Assembly (NCBI RefSeq): GCF_011745625.1
Contig: NW_027191463.1
Coordinates: 434,001 to 498,000 of the forward strand
From: Cladosporium halotolerans
Taxonomy: Eukaryota
DNA length: 64,000 nucleotides
Direction: 5' to 3'
Part shown: piece after piece, positions 37,273-49,832 of the stretch
Layout of the letters: the number at the start of each line of letters is the position of its first letter
How positions within the stretch are numbered: position 1 is the first letter of the stretch
Program-made: the position numbers and the translations under genes
Notes under the pieces: generated by a model
Database searches by the model: none
Told to the model about the DNA's origin: nothing
The model's input: the letters and a program-made list of their open reading frames with translations, nothing else

Positions 37273-37607
37273 TCACTCAGTCTTGCTCTCCTTCCCCTCC
37301 CTCTCCATCCCCTCGCACCCCGCCATCTTGCCGGCGACTTCCTCCGCTTTGCCGTACCCGTCCCTGTTCGCGTCGCGGTTCTGGCTCGCGGCTTTCATCG
37401 CGTCGATTCCGGATTGCTTGTCGGTCGCCGCGGAGTCGTTCCAGGCTGGGGAGCCGGTGGCGGCGCCGATGGCGGACTGGACATATGTTAGAAGAGGGGA
37501 TGACTTGGGGAGGGAATGGGATGGGGACGTACCTCGGCGGCGCCCTTGACGTATTGGGCGTGGCCGGAGACGAGGGAGGGGTTTTGGGATTGGTCGTTGG
37601 AGGACAT
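37273..37607 (-). CDS. Small hydrophilic CsbD-like stress protein (92 aa); exons 37607-37533, 37476-37273
   Basis: MSSNDQSQNPSLVSGHAQYVKGAAE/SAIGAATGSPAW...GKMAGCEGMEREG; GTACGT...CTAAC...CAG intron. Absent from the ORF track. Confidence 0.85.
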
Positions 37608-37867
37608 TTTTGGAGGGGTTGTTGATTTGTTAGGGTAGAGGGGTGTTGATCAATCTGCTCGTGTTCGTTGAGATGGTTTGAGTTTTGCTGTGTAGAGTCG
37701 ACTAATTAAAAAGGAGAGTCTCCTACGGTTTTGTCTAGAGTGGTTGATGTAAACACATCATGCGTGTCGCGATCATCCATGTCGGGTCGGTGATGTCATG
37801 CTGATTCTGGCGATGGCGATGGGGCGATATGATCATCGGTCGGAGTCGGAGGCGAGCGAGCAGGAAT

Positions 37868-37889
37868 TTAGGGTTAGGGTTGAGGTACA
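37868..37889 (+). repeat. Third, diverged copy of the telomere-like motif (TTAGGGTTAGGGTTGAGGTACA)
   Basis: Matches 3279-3299 with one substitution and one indel. Confidence 0.7.
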
Positions 37890-38168
37890 TGCGTTCCTAC
37901 CAAATGCTGGCTCATTGTCGTAGTCTTGGAGGTCTTGTGGCAATGAAAGAGGGTGATTGTTTGAGTATTTAGGACCATGTGTGTAAGAAATAGGCACCGC
38001 TTTTGTCGGAAATGGGCTTTGATTCTTGGCGTGAAAGGCTAATCTACCAAGGAAAAACCCAACGACAAGACGAATTGTAACAAGCGACATTTCGCATAGC
38101 AATGTGGACTCTTAGGTGAAGCAGCACTTTAGCATGATCTCTGAAAGTGATACAGGCCTCTTTCTAGC

Positions 38169-39627
38169 TCAGCCCGTGCCAATCAATTTTGGGACAGGAC
38201 CTGGACCGACGGCAACAATGTCCGCCGGTTTGTTGTTGTACGCCGGTTTCGCGAAGGAGATCGTATTCTGGTCGAGGTTGTGGTGGACATATGCCGACTG
38301 GAAGAAAGGGAGGCCTAAGCCGAATCTCAGGTCTGCACTGCGCGTAGCGTTCTGCGCATACAACTTGATCCTGCAGAGTGCTTTGCCATCCTGCATCACC
38401 ACCCTGCTGTTATTTCTGCCCGCCTTGTACTTGTGCAGCTCGTAAAGCGGATACAGAAGCTCACCAAACGGCACGGTGATTGATGCGGTCCTCCCGGTGA
38501 GACCGGACGAGTCTGCGAGCGTGAATATGACCGAGAAGTTGGCGTTCGCGTTGCTGCAAAACGCGAGCGGGCCTCTTCCCAGCTTCGCGGAAGTCTTCCG
38601 GAGGACAGGCATGGTTTCCAGAAGCGCTTGCACGATGTGCTCCGCATAGTAGGGAAACTTGATGCCAGACACACCAGTGTCTATGATTGCGGGGCTGGGA
38701 AGTTCGGGGCACTCGTGGTAGCGAGTTTCTCCATCGACATTCGAGGCTATCCGGGTCAAGCGAACTTCTTGTTGGATGCGCTGACCCTTCCAAGGACCAG
38801 ATTGGATAGGCATCGTCGAAAGCGTGATGAGCTGGCCTGAGAACTTCGACCTGTCAATACCACCGAACAGGATGTGACCCGTCTGAGACTCATTGTCGTC
38901 GACTGAAAGGCTGTAGGATCGAGAGCCGATGTAGCCGGCGGAGAGAAGGGCGTCGTTGAGCGTTGGAACAATTACGCCTCTTTTACATTCCGCATCCTTT
39001 TTGCAAACACCTGATTGCACTTCATGTCTGCCTAACCCAAGAACGCCGTACTGTGGGCCGGGCTGTCCAAAAGACATGTCAACCCGAGGACACAGGCCGA
39101 AATTGAAGTCTGTCAAGGCGCTTTTACCAAGGGCAACAGTATCATTGGCGTAAAGACCATGAGCGCTACTGCCGTCGTTGTACTTGATGCTGAACGGTTG
39201 TCTCAAGCCCATCCATGAGAAAGTCTGTGACAGGCTCCTGTCGACTGAGAGTTGTCAATAAAGCTTTCTCCGCAATGGGCAGCGAGCCGCCTTCGCAGGC
39301 GACATCCTATGCCAATTGCATAGTGGTAATCTTACAGCTTCCTCCTGCGCACATGTTACCGCGGCAATTGTCCGAAACGGCATCAGGGAGCCACACATCG
39401 CTGCTGCCCGTGTCTACCAGAAGCTCGAGTCGCTGAGGTGGCGTACCGACATGGAGGCTGACGAAGTAGGCGCCCCAAGTAACCCACTCGTTCCTAGGTA
39501 ACATCTCATGCTGCAGGGTCAATGTCGACTCGTGTGGCATACGCTTCCGATGGGTCGGGATCCGGACAGTGTTCAGGGCATTGGCTGTCGAGTACATGCA
39601 GATGCCCAGTAACATGAGGGAAAGCAT
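38169..39627 (-). CDS. Secreted A1 aspartic protease (yapsin/SAP-like); exons 39627-39336, 39244-38169
   Basis: Signal peptide, VGTPPQ, LVDTGSSDVW and IIDTGVS catalytic motifs, ILFGGID, LGLPFFQSAY. Confidence 0.88.
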
Positions 39628-40991
39628 GATGGAAACGATGAGTTTGGAGCGGAGAGCAAAGATAAATGATGGCAGTTATGACTGGTCCTGGGCTTAATGG
39701 TTTCTCGGCAACGCAGCAGGTGAAAATGATAGGTGAGAGACATCGGTTGCAGAAACCACGTGAAGGAGACATTTTCTCATTCCCGCTCAATAGAGGAAGG
39801 CGTAGGTAGGTTCCGCAGATGGTTGCGCAAAGTTCCAGGCGTGACCGATCCAACTCAGAAGGAGCAGACGAAGGCAGGAGATCGCACCGAAGAAGGTGTG
39901 ACTTATGTTTTGAAGAGGCAGATGACACCTTGAACTAACAATACCTAAATGTATCTCGGGTTACCTCAGGAACAAAACCCTTTCAACATGGTGAAAGTCA
40001 GAACACTTCGAGCATGACAGGCCTCTGCGCCTCTGCGCAAGGACTGTAGTGACATCCAAAGAGCGAAATGCCATTGCTGCAACTCGCGTTGCTTCTTGAT
40101 GGAAATTGCCGAACAAAAGAATGTATTGAGGAGTTTAAGGTCTTAGTTTCGATTGACGATACCTCCTGTCATCACCAGCAAAGAAGCGAATGCAGGATTG
40201 ACAGAAGTTGGTGGTGACATGACGGAAGTCGCTGTCAGAGGAGGCGGGAACATCTCCGGTGACCTGCAGTCGAACCCCTCACTTCCAGCATCATCGGTCA
40301 GTCTCATGTTCAGCGCTATTGCATCCATGCAATCCTCGAGGAGAGTATCGCGAGGTCATCGCGCAATGTCACATTGAAGTTAGCACGGTAGCTGGCTAGA
40401 GCAATAGCGTGTCGTGTCCACGTCAAGCACGTGCACGTTGCTTGCACAAGTTGTCCCTGGCTCACTGCAGCTCCCTCAAACTGAAGGAAAAGGGCAACGT
40501 CGTTAACCATGAACGACGACAGTCCACATCCAGCATGTGAATGATGTCGTTGAGGGGCCCATGGACAAACATCGAACACCATCGGGCTGCGAGACTTTTC
40601 CACCCATGCCACCATGCCGAGGACAGACAGGCACGGGCGCGCATAGAGGGGCCATGACACATTTTCGAACAGCATAGAAAGACAGAGTTGAGGTCCAGAA
40701 CCTGAGCACACAGATTCTTCTCACATCGGATCGGAATCTTCTCATCGTCTGCGCGGGACTGCTGTCTGCGAAGAGACGCCGCAAAGAAAGTGGAGTGTTG
40801 AATCTGACGTGCCGTTTACATCATCACCAAACTACATTTTGTCCCAGACATACATTTACCAGGCACGCGACATTGCTCTTGCAGTTTTCGCTTTGCTACC
40901 TACACTACAATCTCTTACGACCTTCTAACGAATCTTCACTCTCACGAAAACTTTCATCTCACCAATACTTAACCACAAAACAAACATCAAC

Positions 40992-41485
40992 ATGCCTCGC
41001 TCCATGGCCCCCCCTCCCTCTGGTGAATTCACCATCCGTCTCAACAAGCCTTTTGAGGGTAAGCCTCCCAAATATTCCATTGTTTAATGTTCCAATGACT
41101 GACATTATACCCAGGCAAGCCCACACAGACCATTGAGGTCATTGGCGAGCCCAACCGTCCCGCCTCCATCCGCCAGTCGCAGTATGAGGGCAGCACCAAG
41201 TCCTCTGAGAAGGCTGGTGATGTCCCCAAGGACGACGTTGTCGAGCTCATGACCCTAGTCAACCAGCTTAGAGGCTTCCCCTCTCACATGACCAAGGACG
41301 TCTACGGACTCAATGTCTACTTCGAGCTCAACACCTTCGAGATCCAGTGGGCCAACAAGGACGAGGACCCCACCGCCAACGAGGTCTCCGAGATCGCTCC
41401 CGAGCAGAAGCAGACATTCAAGGACGTCGTCGAGTCCTTTGAGGCTCTCGCCCGCACCTTCGCCAAGCACGACTCTGCTATCTAA
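40992..41485 (+). CDS. Hypothetical 145-aa soluble protein; exons 40992-41058, 41115-41485
   Basis: CAAC-ATG context, GTAAGC...CTGAC...CAG intron, very strong C-ending codon bias. Confidence 0.8.
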
Positions 41486-41876
41486 GTTGTACGCAATGGA
41501 TCATGATCTGGGTGCTTGGATGTAATTACGGAAGCATGCTTTGAACAAGAAGTCAAGGCATGGATATGATGCCACGAGACTTTTATATACCCGTCGGATA
41601 AGAGCTGCGAGGCCACTCAACGGAATGAAATCAAAAGGCCGAAAAAGTGCCATTAACCATGATCTTTTCCCTTCCGCGCTGCGATTACGGTTCCGTGAAT
41701 CGTGCTTTTGGTTACCAGAATGCTTTTCTCCGAGCTTCTTTACCGAACTCGCCATGATCCCGCCACATTTGCAGATCTTAGGTGAGCTCCCAAAGTCTCG
41801 ACATGTTTTCTAGCGAGGAGTCTGCTGAAAACCCTTGGAAGAAACACAAGCATGGATGAGCAAGTCAAGTTCTTCA

Positions 41877-42326
41877 TCACCAGTCGACAACCCATAAGGC
41901 CGGCTCCCATCGCACTCGGAACTCTCTCCCAAAGCAAGTGTAAAGCACGTATGGAGCATTGAGGTCCACCACATGACCGTGAAACCTGGACAAGTGCAAA
42001 CCGCCCGTTCGCTCGCACTTCTTCCTTCCAAAAAGCGGTCGAATGGTGTATACCGGAAGTGCCGCTCCTTGCAAGTGGTAGAGTTCTCGCTTGGGACAAC
42101 CTACGGAAGGGCTAGTCATGAGAACAAACGCCATGTCGAATGTCCAGAGAACGAGTAGCAGAATAACGGTGATTGCCATTGCTAAATCTCCTCCAGGGAC
42201 CATTGCCGCCATGATTATGCCGACGACCAGTAATAGGGACACCACAAACAAGCCTAGGCTAACATAAGCATTGAAGGGCTCACTATAATGTGTTTGGGCT
42301 CTGATTTGCGGTTGTTGGATGGTCAT
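41877..42326 (-). CDS. Hypothetical protein with two predicted transmembrane helices
   Basis: ATG-initiated 149-aa ORF with two ~22-aa hydrophobic stretches; no recognisable family. Confidence 0.4.
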   Translation of the reverse strand: MTIQQPQIRAQTHYSEPFNAYVSLGLFVVSLLLVVGIIMAAMVPGGDLAMAITVILLLVLWTFDMAFVLMTSPSVGCPKRELYHLQGAALPVYTIRPLFGRKKCERTGGLHLSRFHGHVVDLNAPYVLYTCFGREFRVRWEPALWVVDW

Positions 42327-42960
42327 GATTGGGCCCGGTCCTGGTCGTAACGTCGCGATCGATGCGTGGTCTTTGGTTGATGGGTCTTCCGTGGTATATA
42401 GACAAGATGCAAAATCGGTTTGGACGATTTAGGAGGTCTCCACGGTCGAGAGGTGTATGCAATACAGATTTTGGTAACAAGATTACATCTTAGATCTTCA
42501 GACGAGGAAGCAGAATTTATAGAAGGTCATTTAAACAAATGCAGCATTGTCAGGGATGGATTTGCCGAAGGATCGGTTTGGCAGAGCCACTTTCGTTTCG
42601 CATCTGCGACTTCAATAGCGGTGTAGCAATTGGGATGTCAGTGATCGTTCAAGTAGCTTGGGTAAGTACCAGTCAGACGACTAGTCTTTCGCCTGGCCCT
42701 GCGCTGCTCATCATTCCAGTCCACATGCACGTGATATGGCATCGCATATACCCCAAGTTTTGACATGCTGCGGTGCGAACAGAATACCAGATTCTAGCTT
42801 CTGGAATCACGTGTTGCTCCGTTTCGCGAGGTAATTGAGCTACAGTTCAGAGATTACACAGAACCGAGATTACAGGCTACAAGCTTGCAGTGCTCGCTTC
42901 TTCAAAACCCCAAATGATATGGCTTTGATGAATAATGTACATCACTACTTCGGATGCAGT

Positions 42961-43535
42961 CTACGGGGATTCAGGAGGGTGCGGTATACCGTTGTTCTCA
43001 CGCCAAGATTCGTCCCAATCCCCGCGACTGAAGTTGACGACGAAACTTCCCACCATGCCAGCAGAGTAGGTTATGGTTTGCGGTTCTGCATCCTCGACCC
43101 ACTTGCAGATGAGGATCTTGCCACGCTCCTCGTACAGGTCTTTCTTCACAGCGGCGCAGAATGTCTTGTTGATGGGCTTTGGAGGCTTGGGGATACTGCG
43201 CATCCAATCTACCGCATCCTGGACGGTCTTCGGAGATCGCCAGCTGGCATCAACACTTGGAGGAGTTCCCTTCAAGCCGTCACCGTCATAATCAGGTATG
43301 TTGTCGTACGTGTCTGCCAGTAACAGCCTCGGAGCGTAGCTGTGCTCCTCATTGTCATGGAGAAGCTTGTTGATGGCCTGGCATATCCCAGTTAGCACCG
43401 ACCTACCCGGCAAATATTCAGGTGTCTTACCTCGATAGGCATGTCGTCAAGTACGATAAGCGCGATCATCTCGTAATCGCCATCGTCGACCATGTTCTCC
43501 AGGTCCTCTTTGATATAGTCTTGGTTTTGAGACAT
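42961..43535 (-). CDS. Hypothetical acidic protein; exons 43535-43431, 43377-42961
   Basis: MSQNQDYIKEDLENM...MPIE joined by a GTAAGA...CTAAC...CAG intron to AINKLLHDNEE... Confidence 0.7.
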
Positions 43536-44439
43536 AGCGAATGGAGAATTTCTATCGCCGGCTTATCAGTGGTTATTTTGTTTTGGTAATACTACTATGC
43601 GATGCCACTTACTCGTCAACAGAAGTCGTGCGAAGGCAAGCTATTGTAGTCTGTAGTACAGCGATTTCCGATCCGGCACCGTTGAGATAGCTGCGAATTG
43701 GCCGTAGTGGTTAGGCGGAGATCAAAATAGCTTCCAATTAGGCGAGCCTGGCCAAGATGGCGGGTAATATGCAACGCACGCGAACTGCGGACGATGTGTA
43801 AGGGGTTGCACGAAATGGATAGTGCTCCATCGGTTGGAGAGCAATCCCATGTTTTCACCAATATTTCACACTATATATATTGAAGTAAATTACACCTAAC
43901 ACATACGACCACAGGTCAGTGAAAACTGGGCATCCCGTCCGCTCTGCCATACATAAGCACTGAACCGGGCGACTAGTACTAGAGTGGGTGACCATCTGGG
44001 AATCCCGCCTGTTGTATGTTTTTGCCCTCCAACGTCTTTTTGCTCTTCATCGTCTCATCGACAGAGATGTCTTTTTGCTGCCGAACGTGCAATCCATTCA
44101 AACTATTAATTTTGGGATTCTTCCGTTTGACAGGTTGTCAAACTTTGAGGACCGGCGTTCTCCGTACGTGGTTTGGAATTTTAAACTTGTCACCATCACA
44201 ACTTACTCCACTCATCTGTACCTCCATTCCCATCGCTTTCAGAATGCACGTGGCTCGTATCGTACGTCACTGACAACAGAATGTTTTGCCTAAATGAAAG
44301 GGCTGACGGGGTTTCGACATTCGCCGCTACCCAATGGAGCTCGGAGAAGGTAAGTATAAATTGTTGTCTTTATCGTGGGTACATCATCTTCGTTTGAGCG
44401 ACACTCTTTCGCAAGATTTCCTAAGAGTCTCAAAAGATC

Positions 44440-45805
44440 ATGGTGCCCATCTTGTTTGCTTTCGTGATTTTGCCTGTCTGTGCAATTGCTGCCAGACAGC
44501 CCTTCGATGTCCGCAAGATTATCCAAGCCTTCCGCGAGCCGCATGACGACCTCACTGTACTTTGCGCTCACCGCGGTCTGAAGTGGAATGGCACTGCTGA
44601 GAACTCTCGCGACGCATACTTTCGTGCTTCCGAGGCAGGCTTGGAGTGTATTGAGACCGACATCCACCTATCTGCTGACGGCCAACTGCCAATGATCCAC
44701 GACTCCGGGCTTGGGCGTACCACAGACATTGGCGAGCAAACTGGGCAAGCGGCGTACAATCCTTTCACTGGCCAAGATTACAACCCTAAAGTGATCGACT
44801 TGAATTTCACGGGTCCCGGCGGCGTCGAGCATTTGCATCTCCGCGACGAGCAAGGCCGAGTGCGAGATGAATATGTTCCCAGTCTCCCGCAGATGATCGA
44901 GAGTATCCACGACTCTGGCATGAATGTGGTTCTCGAGCTAGACTTTAAAGATCAAGATGCCGTGGAGCCAGCTTACTGGGCGCTGAAGCACCTTACCAAC
45001 AGGGCAGGCGTGCCTGCCAATGAGTGGTGCATCTACAAGCTTCAAAGCGTGTGGTACCAGACGCCGGAAGAGTTTGAGGCGCTCCCCTGGGTCCAAGATG
45101 CTTTCAACAATGGCATTCAGCTTGCGTTCGTTCCAGTGTATGACCCTGCATACGAGGACGACTTCGATCAGCTCGAGTCACTCCGAAAATTTGCTGAGAC
45201 GAACTATACCATCAGCGCGGAGATTGAGCTGCGTTCTGTGGGTGGGCCTATTCAGAATCTTCTCGACGAGACAAAGAATGGAAACATTTCCATTCGCACA
45301 GCAGGCACCTTGTATGTCATACTGGAGCGTCCACACTGATTACGAGTGTTAGCTTACATGGATTTCTAGCTTTGCGCCCGGCGACTTCACCTACCCGAAT
45401 ACGGACAATGTGACCTTGTAAGCTGGATCCAGCCGTCTCTCAAAATGTACCAGATCACTTACGTAACTTCGCAGCTTCGACACAGCGAACTACTCTCTTC
45501 CCCGAGACCTGCGCGTGAATAATTCCAACTTCGTGTTCCAGGACAACAAAGCGCCTGTCTTGCTGGACAGTCTGGTGGGCAACGCATCGACAGACGGCCA
45601 CGACTACAGATCCGATTTTGGCTGGATTCTGGAGCAGAAATACAATTGGATCATCACAGATACTGCTGACGAGTGGCATGTGAGGCTGCGGAGCGAAGGA
45701 AAGAGGAACGTAAGTTGGATGATTGCTGATGGTCAAGACGTTGTTGATGGTGCGGCTTTGGGCTGGTATCGTCGCAGGCATGCACGAGATTTGAAGGGCC
45801 GCTAG
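44440..45805 (+). CDS. Secreted glycerophosphodiester phosphodiesterase (GDPD); exons 44440-45311, 45370-45417, 45475-45805
   Basis: CAHRG, AENS, IETDIHLSADG, MIHD...RTT, LELDFK, WIITD; two in-frame introns. Confidence 0.88.
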
Positions 45806-46582
45806 GCGACTGATGGCGCCAGGACAAAGACGACTAAATAACAAGATGTTGATACTCAATCATGTGTGATTCAGGAAAGACTCGTTGGCAGTCATCCATT
45901 GTGTCGCGCTCCTTGACCCGAGCTACTCAAACACTCAGAACTGGTTCGCTGCGATCATCAAGGTCGCGGTCTGCCTGTGTAGTTGTGGCGATACTGACGT
46001 CGTTGTCATGATGGGAACTCCTGCCCTCCCGGGGGTTCTCTGGAGCTTTGAAATTTGTGACAAGAGTCCAACGCTCGATGGTGAATGCATGTGATAGTTG
46101 CTTATTCAGAAATGGCACATGTAGGTATTTTGAACCATTGAGCGGCTTCCATCGCCAAACCCAAGCCCGAATGCAAGCCCGAAGTCCTCGCGCTTTTCCC
46201 GAAGGCCGGAACCTACTCCATCCTTTATACCCACCTGCAATATGCAACGCGACGTTCTCGCAAAATTTGCGAAACGCCGTCTGCAATTGCCAAGTCTAAA
46301 TATGCGTCCTTGCGACGGTAATCGGCATAGTATCATTGGTCGAAGGGTCAAGACGGCAGAAAGATGATGTATAGCGACAACGTCGCGTTTGACAATGAAT
46401 CGTTCTACTAGATTCAACTCTATACGCTTGCAATGGCGCAGCTATAGGATGCACAATTCTCTCTTGACACTTTCTCACACTCACCGTTAATTGCCAATGT
46501 GTACGTCCTTTACCCTACTGCACCGAATTGTCAGACATCGATTCATCAGCCAACAAGCCGATCAGTTACATCTCACTCCAAG

Positions 46583-47563
46583 ATGACCAACACAACGAAT
46601 CTTCTCTTGGTCGCTAGCGTTTGCCTGGGTCTCGCATTTGCCAGCAGCCAGGCCCAGCCCGGAGAATGGCACCCTGCTCTCGACAGCGATGGTGCGTCTG
46701 ATTGATTTCACGGAGAGCCGCAAAGCAAACTGACTTTGCGAAGCACGAGGTCCATGTCCTATGATGAACACGTTGGCAAACCACGGCTTCCTCCACCGCG
46801 ATGGCCTGAATTTGACTCAAGATCATGTTATCAAGGCTTTAGGAGATGGCCTCAACTTCGACACATCCTTGGCCAAGACCATGTTTGAGATGGCTCTTCC
46901 TGCCAATCCAGATCCCAATGCCACTTGGTTCACACTGTGAGTACGGAATAGAGCGTTGATCTTGTGTGTCGGATTAATGCTGACAAAGCTACTTTGAAGC
47001 GACCAGCTCAATCGGCACAACATCCTCGAACACGATGCAAGCCTCAGCCGCCTCGATGCATATTACGGCTCCAATCACCTCTTTAATCCCTCAGTCTTCG
47101 CATCATCCAAAGCCTTTTGGACATCGTCTGTCCTCTCTGCACAGATGCTCGCAAATTCCAAGCTTGCCCGGCAGATCGACTCTCGGGCTTATAACCCAAC
47201 GTACACCTTCACCAGCACGATGGAACAGTTCAGTCTTGGCGAGCTTGCTGCGCCCATCATTGCATTCGGGAACTCAACAGAGGGCACAGCGGACAGGGCT
47301 CTGGTCGAATATTTCTTCGGTTCGTGTGGAACGCCACTGGTGGTTTACCCCTGGACGCATCGCTGACAGTGAGTCCAGAAAACGAACGCCTTCCGATCGA
47401 GCTAGGATGGGCCAAGAAAGAAGAGAAGGTCACTCTTCAGGACATCCTGCGTGCCGTCCAGCATATTCGCGAGGCGACCAACCTCATCACGGGCAACAGT
47501 ACCAGGCATACCGGCTCGAGCCATGCGACAAGGGACCTGCATTTTGGTCGTGGAGATTTGTGA
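46583..47563 (+). CDS. Heme-thiolate peroxidase (chloroperoxidase / unspecific peroxygenase, short type); exons 46583-46691, 46744-46936, 47000-47319, 47379-47563
   Basis: Signal peptide, RGPCPMMNTLANHGFL, HNILEHDASLSRLD, ENERLP...GW. Confidence 0.92.
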
Positions 47564-48102
47564 AATGCTCAAACTTTGCAACCAATGCAAGAATGCAACA
47601 TCGCCAGCGTGCTGCAGATCGTGCCGTCACTTGAACAAGATGCGGTGCATTAGTTTCGTGGTTGAGGCAGGCTTTGAGTCAGCGCTGGGAGGATTTTGAC
47701 ATTTGATCTCATTGGATGATGCTTTGTAGAGAGTGCCTCTATACAAGTCTGAATAAAGCTGCCGTATCAAGGATATGCACAAGTTTAATGATGTGGCGTC
47801 GATGTCGCTGCCGCCAGGTCTTCAGCTTGAGCACGGGGCCTTCGTTAAGCGCTGGCTCGGCCCTCGTCCCGTGTCGCAACGGGCTGGGCTGGCTGGGGTG
47901 ACCTTGCGCCTGGATCGAGCACCTCGACGTCGCTGCTGCTGCCAACCCCATGTCCCGAACATCACGCGTTGTGAACACCGACTGCACCCGCATGCGGCAA
48001 TAGCGTCCACCGACCGTGCCACACATCACAGGCGATCGCACTGTGTAGCTACGCGCTCAAGCAGCTGAGCTCCTCAAGCACCACCGTCCCACTACCGGCA
48101 AG

Positions 48103-49832
48103 GTGGATTCAGACACCTCCTCCGTCCACACCACTCCTTCACTTCGCAGCCACACACCAGCTCCTCCGCCAAAGATCGACGTAGACGCGCATTTCAATCT
48201 CGAGAACGTTCTAAACAAAGCGCGCCAGGACGAAACGTCCTCCGCGACCGAGTCGCCGCCGCCCTTCTCCGCCCACAACTTCCCCTCGAGGTACTTTCCG
48301 GCGCCTTCTTCTGAGGACCCATACCGCGCTCTAGTCACCCAAGCTGAGCCTTCACACTCGTTCACCGCTCTTGCTGGTCCACCTTCAGGCCCTGCGCCGC
48401 CGTTCGAAGAATCCGAAGTCGACGCTCCTACCACACCCGCTGCCCTCGAAGCCGCCGCGAGCTCTGTTGTTGCGGATACAAAAGCTGCGCTTCCCAGAGA
48501 TACAAAAGAGGGACAGGCAAGCAAGGACCTAGACGACGGAGAGCCACCACCGCCTTACACCGAGGGTTCGAGTCCGCTAGACGGGTTTACGTACGTCATG
48601 GCTGCGGCAGGGAGCATCATCACCCAGGTGCAGCAGGGCGGACCTGCGCCGATCAACACTGCGCTTGGAGGTATGTTGGAAGCAATGCGAAGATGGGGGG
48701 TGCAGGGAGGCTAACGGGAAACACAGGTGCCGACGAGAACATCACGCTTGATCTACGGTTTGTTAACCACTCTTCATCACAGACTGGCCCTGGCTGACAA
48801 CGTGTAGCGGCGACCGATTCACACTTTCTCGTGATGAGCTCCTTACTCTTCCTGAGTTTGTTCTCCTCTCGCTTTTCCCCAATGGACTCCTGCCGGACGG
48901 TCACATGAACAGTTACCACGATGGAGATGTATATCCAGTCGACGTAAGCCAGCCCGCCATCACCCAAGCAAAACGCTCATCTGTTTCAATTCGCGAAATT
49001 GAAACCATCATGTGCAACAACGACGTATTCTTATCTGACATTGTTTATCTTTCACAGTATGACCCCGCATCGCTCCACTATATGCTCAACTTCTTTCGAC
49101 ATGTCGCCCAGACTATTCCTCAGTCATCTGAGGATGAGTCTCAAGACGAGGCCAACCAGGACCCTTCCGGACCTAACACTATGCCTATCGAACCCATGCA
49201 AGGCAATGCGCGTGACATGCTGCAGGACCGAGCCGGAATCATTGTGCTGCGAGAAGATCTGGACTTTTACTGCATTCCGCCACGCAAAGACATCGAGCAG
49301 AACGAGATGATCGAGGTGAAGCGAGCTGCTGGCAAGGCTCTCCTGAAGCACGACGGTATATTTTCAGGACTTCGGAAGAGCGAGGAACCTGGTACCACTG
49401 AGCAGCACCTTATCGAGATGTTGACCGCTGGGTAAGCCTGATTTTGTCGACGTCTTCTGTGATCTTGACTGACCTCACTGCGTAGTGGCTTTGACCGTGC
49501 AGATACTTGGGGCCATCGCGCCGCCGAACCCAACAAGGCCGTCATCTGCTCGATTGCATTGGCGCGCTTGCGTACTGACATTCGTGGCGACTCGGCAGCT
49601 AACAGCAACGCCGTTGGCATGGCTCAAAAGCTGCTTTTGTTCTGGCGGAAACCGGCCCGGCGATGCTGGTGGGAAGGCGTTGAGCTTGAAGACGTCGAGG
49701 GTGTGCCAGGCAAGCTGAAGGTCTGGATTCGTCGCGTGTGGACGCTCGAGATGGTAAGAGTCTCAGTCACTCGAATTGATCGCAAAGGCGCACTACTAAC
49801 AATTGTGGCAGAGTGTCATCGGTCTCCGCTAA
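48103..49832 (+). CDS. WHI2: Whi2 stress-response / phosphatase activator; first in-frame AUG at 48598, open extension from ~48103; exons to 48670, 48727-48757, 48808-48943, 49058-49431, 49486-49753, 49812-49832
   Basis: ITLDLRGDRFTLSRDELLTLPEFVLLSLFPNG, IIVLREDLDFY, EQHLIEML, KLLLFWRKPARRCWW, RRVWTLEMSVIGLR. Confidence 0.9.

Noticed and set aside
44781..44789. CAACCCTAA telomere-like word
   Set aside because: Lies inside the GDPD coding frame (YNPK) and lacks the shared flanking tail
48944..49057. In-frame, stop-free 114-nt segment in WHI2 read as coding by the ORF track
   Set aside because: Canonical GTAAGC...CTGAC...CAG intron; removal restores VD-YDP. No nested splice sites
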